A DNA stretch of 64,000 bases, from positions 124,001 through 188,000 of the forward strand of contig JAVKOQ020000077.1 of the NCBI GenBank assembly GCA_031835245.2, written 5' to 3'. The DNA is from Balamuthia mandrillaris (Eukaryota). Below, piece by piece: positions 59,964-64,000 of this stretch (positions are counted from its first letter, which is position 1; each line of letters opens with the position of its first letter). The translations under genes were made by a program, and so were the position numbers. The notes beneath the pieces are model-generated. The model was not told the DNA's origin, made no database searches, and was given only the letters and a program-made list of their open reading frames with translations.

Positions 59964-60944
59964 TTCTCTCTGCCTCTTCTATCCTGGATGACGAACAGAA
60001 GCGCCATCTCCAACCATCCAACGGTTGTTGATCCTCATCTCCAAAGTGCTCCAAAACTTGAGCAACGGCGTTCACTTTGGTGAGAAGGAAGACTACATGG
60101 CCTCCATGAACGACTTCATAGACGCCAACGGGGAACGACTGGATAGCTTCCTCAGCGAGCTGACCAAACCGAAACTGTCCTCCTCATCCTCCGCCTCTTC
60201 TATCTTCTCCTCTCCGTCCGCTAGGGCCATCGCCAACAGCACAGCGGAACCGCCTCGGCGTTCTTCCATCATTACTTCCTCTGCGCCGTCCGTTTTGAAC
60301 AGTTCCACGAGCGGAAGCTCTCCCGAAGAGCTGGAGGCGGCCAAGTTGGTCCCAGAGACGGTCGCCAGCAACGCTCTCCTCTACTTGGATGAGTTTATCC
60401 AGCTTCACGCGATGAGCATCCTCACCCATCTGCAACAATCCTCGGAAACGGACAACACTGTACGCTTCTTTCCATGGCTTTACTTTTTTACTCTATACTC
60501 CTCTTCTCTCTCTCTCTCTCTCTCTCTCTGTCACTCACCCTCGACTGCTGGGCACAGGAATGTGTCGATTGTTTGTCGTTCTTGGTGGACCTAAGCCCAC
60601 GCGACATCAACGAACAACTGGCAAACGATAAAACTGTTACCAGCGGCGCGGCCACCATCCGGCGCTTCTTCGACCAGAACAGGCGAAAGAATAGAGTCTT
60701 CTCTTTCTCGAGCCCTGCCATGGATGCTGCGAACTCTGAGGACGATGAGGACGGGATCACCAAGGACAGCGACGATGAGGATCACGTTTTGAGCTCGAGC
60801 GAGGAGGAGGAGGAGCAAACGCAGCAGAAGGAACAACCGAAACCAAAGAAGGAAGGAAAGAAGGCCAAAAAAACACAAAAACAACAGAAGAGACAAAGTG
60901 TATCCTTACTCAAGAGCCTGACCAACAACAAGCAAATAGTTTAA
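56012..60944 (+). CDS. Receptor-like protein: signal peptide - 5'-nucleotidase-like ectodomain - TM - RasGAP (multi-exon)
   Basis: Spliced leader MAGFLRLACPCDRFLFLVLGVLTIVNVFA. Nucleotidase blocks LTLLHTANVQSR, CLGGVARRAT, LLLDAGGLLQGSLFY, NLGTREF, INGGSIR, AFPF, LLQVSG, SFIRTGGDNF. TM ALVIGLSVLAGVTGVLILVVVALAIAFVFY. GAP blocks ILREDS, IFLRFLTPALILP, ILISKVLQNLSNG..FGEKEDYM..MNDFI. Confidence 0.88.
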
Positions 60945-61207
60945 CAACCACTTTATCTCTTATCTTCGTTTTAGGGAACTAACTGAAATGGGCCAATTGA
61001 AATTCAAACAATTCAACATGTACCAATAAAAAATCAAAAACCGACAGAAATTTGGTGGGTTGCACCAAGAACAGGAAGAAAGCCGAGTCGAGGAACAACA
61101 CACGGCCACCATCATGGACGATCACCCCCTTTTAGCAGTCGACCACACCGCCAACCTTTTGCAAAGGTTATGAGGTTTGCTTGTCAACAAACAAAGCAAA
61201 CACGACC

Positions 61208-61832
61208 ATGCCTGTTGAAAGAGGAAAAGCGACACGCCAAACCGATGAGAAACAGAAAAGACGGGAAGTAGCAGGTGAGGCCGCTTCTCTCTCTCTCTTT
61301 TTTTTTTCTTTCTCTTTCTCGTCTTTTCTTCTTTTTTTCTTCTGTTCTCTTCCTATTCTGGAGCTCGGCCGTTTATTGTTGTGTGGTTTTCTTTCTCTCC
61401 TCTCCTCCGAGCACTCCTCTTGCTCACTGCGGACTGATATGACTCAGATGAGAAGCAAAGCAACGAATTGCCTTCTACGCTATTTTGGTTTTCTCCCTGC
61501 TTGCTATTCTTATCCCTGTCGACGACGATGAGATGGAAACCCATCGTGAAGACCAAAGAAGAGGGCACGCCTGTTTTGGAAGCGCTTGGATGTGCAGAAA
61601 CAGAACATGACCCCACCCCAGATTGGCGGTTGGGTGAAGGCAAGAAAGGACGCGACAAAGACCCTTACTGTGGGTCCTGGCAGCGACTGCGTGCCTTTTG
61701 GCTGAAACGCAAGGATAAACCAGAGCAAATTGGCATGCCTCCCCTTAAGGCCTGTCTACGAGCTGGCCTCTCTTTTCGCCGTGCCATGACACCACAGTGC
61801 GTGTTTCTTTCATATTTTTACTTCCGATCCAG

Positions 61833-61870
<38 letters not shown>

Positions 61871-62928
61871 GTTCCTTCTCGTTCCTCTTTTTCCGCTCTA
61901 TTTCCATGCTAAAGGACTGAATCATAAAGGCTGAAGCTGCGTGTCTACCGGCATGTAAGATACGATTATACCTTTACTGGAGAAGAGGCAGTGGATTTCC
62001 TCTCGTGGAAGATGCAGCTTGACAGGGAGGAAGCACAACAAGTTGGCAACCTTTTGATGCGAGTGGGTATCTTTCGGCACATCAGCAACGAATGCCCATT
62101 ATCAGACGATCGCGTGGAGTATTATTTCTTCACAAAAGCGCATCACCATTCCCTAGGCCCAGCTTCTAAAGTACCCAACCGATTGAATCCCATCGTTGGT
62201 CATTTGGTGGTGGAACGTCTTCAAGTTTGTTCGTTGTTTCAGGACGGTGATGATTGCGACAAGGAACCCAAGTTCGTTCTTCAGTGTGACCACCAGGTTC
62301 GTGTATCTTCTCTCCTTATGTTGTCTATCCTCTGCTGCTTGACTAGGTTGGCCCTTTTCTTTGTGTTGTCATCTCTATCATCGTTTCTTCAGAGCAGATA
62401 GATTGAACTGCGTGGAACTTAAATAACAGATGTTCAAGTCACAGTCCCTACCTGCACGGAGAGAGGATGATCAAGTGCACAGAACACCGCTGCACATGAT
62501 GGTATTTTGGTCAAATGCCATTTTGACGGTGAGGGTGGAGTGCACGACTCGCAGTTGCTTAGCTAAGATTCCTTTGAATGATTTGAAGGAAGGTGGAGAG
62601 TTAAACCAGGTCCGAGTCCCTATTCACTTATCGCAACACGGTTACGGTCCTTCTGCTTCCTCATTCCCCAAGCGAGAAGAGAAGAGAGAGGATATACGCA
62701 AGGTGTTGCTTTTGGAACTGCGGTACAAGTTTTTGTTGGGAACCACAGACTGTGGAATGGCTCTTCCGTCTCTTCCTTTTGATATCTATTCTCTCCAGGT
62801 TGACGAAGACAAATACTTTGCACATTACAACCTCATGAAAACCATCGGCCATCGACCCAATCATCGATGCGGAACTAAAGACATTTTTTTGGTTGCGGAT
62901 GATAAACATGGTTTGTTTTGCCCGAAGA

Positions 62929-62973
<45 letters not shown>

Positions 62974-63840
62974 CCCTTCTCTCTCATTCTCTTGGCTCAC
63001 CTGAAAAAAGAAACCGAAACAGCAGAAGCGACTGGAACGTTTTCATACGGCATGAACTACTTACAAAACGCACGGATAGAGCTGTTCGTGCAGGAAGATG
63101 TCTCAACGGAGGAGTGGAAACGGGTGGGCAGCGGCAAAACAAACAAATACGGCAAGGCCACCATCCCTGTGCTTCCCTCCGCTTCCTCCCTCCAACGACG
63201 AGCAGGCTACTACCCCATCCGTATGATGGTGGCTGGAGACCTCTCCGTAGCAGAAGGTGCCATTTGGGTGCTGCAACGCGGCACGCAGGCTGTTGTCTTT
63301 GACATCGATGGCACGCTGACCACCGGCAACATCCAGGTAGTTACTCAAACAAGTCTCAACATGCTACACCTCGACTTTGATCCAGCGCTTCGCTCTGGAG
63401 CGGTCCAGTTGGTGAGGGCATGGGCTGTGAAAGGGTACCTTCCTATTTATCTCAGCGGTCGTTCAGGTTCATTCTATCGGCACACAAGAAGCTGGTTGAT
63501 AGAACATGGCTTGCCTCCTGGTCTCATCGGTCAGACCAAAGGTCGTAAACCTACTCTTCCTCTTTGGTACTCTGTTGGTCGTTTCAAAAGGGACTACCTT
63601 CGAGACATGGAGAAGGATTACATGCTGAACATCGTGGCTCACTACGGCAACACGTTGACCGACATCAAAGCCAGCAAGGCATTGGGCATACCTGCGAGTA
63701 GGACCTTTATTTGTGGAAAGACGGGAGGGAGAGAGGGCACCTTTGACGTTGGCAACGACTTCAACGAGCACGTCCACTATGTCATGACGCACATCCCAGA
63801 TGCAGCTGTCCCTGCTCCTAACTTTTGGACGTTTTATTGA
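61208..63840 (+). CDS. DEP domain + LNS2/lipin-like HAD domain protein (multi-exon; start uncertain)
   Basis: DEP: YTFTGEEAVDFL...REEAQQVGNLLMRVGIFRHI...YYFF. C-terminal GKTNKYGK, G.YPIRMMVAGD, AVVFDIDGTLT, GYLPIYLSGR and AHYGNTLTDI as in Nir/RdgB- and lipin-type LNS2 domains. Confidence 0.8.
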
Positions 63841-64000
63841 AGTGTTTTAAAGCAAACAAACATGTGATATAGGACGCAAAAACAAAAGAGCTTACAAGAG
63901 TAACCAAAGGGAACAAGAGCAGGGCTGCCTTTCAAACCAGTTTCTCTCCATCTTTGTCTTCTGCAAAGACATGTTTCGCTGCGTTTTGGTAATGTTGCAA

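Overview
Gene-dense eukaryotic DNA with about 20 genes, many short GT-AG introns (donors often GTAC/GTTC/GTAT) and CT/TTC microsatellites in introns and intergenic gaps. Gene content and intron style suggest a free-living amoebozoan (Acanthamoeba/Balamuthia-like); this is inference only. Recognisable housekeeping genes are clathrin heavy chain, complex I NDUFB3, a phosducin-like protein, AIF1/Iba1-like and EFHD/swiprosin-like EF-hand proteins and a UvrD/Srs2-like helicase. The most unusual block is 30.2-34.5 kb. There a decayed partial duplicate of the helicase ends abruptly at a 5'-truncated Fanzor2 (eukaryotic IS607 TnpB-type RNA-guided nuclease). The Fanzor has an intact rearranged RuvC triad and a readable omegaRNA-like 3' structure. 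It is followed by an intronless giant-virus-style F-box/ankyrin gene whose 3' end is copied as a perfect 84-bp inverted repeat. A second notable block (47-61 kb) encodes a SAM-tyrosine-kinase-like protein fused to a neurofibromin N-terminal-like region, and a single-pass receptor-like protein joining an apparently inactive 5'-nucleotidase ectodomain to an intact-looking RasGAP domain. All family assignments come from motif recognition by eye; no searches were run. Multi-exon gene coordinates are spans, and some starts are approximate.
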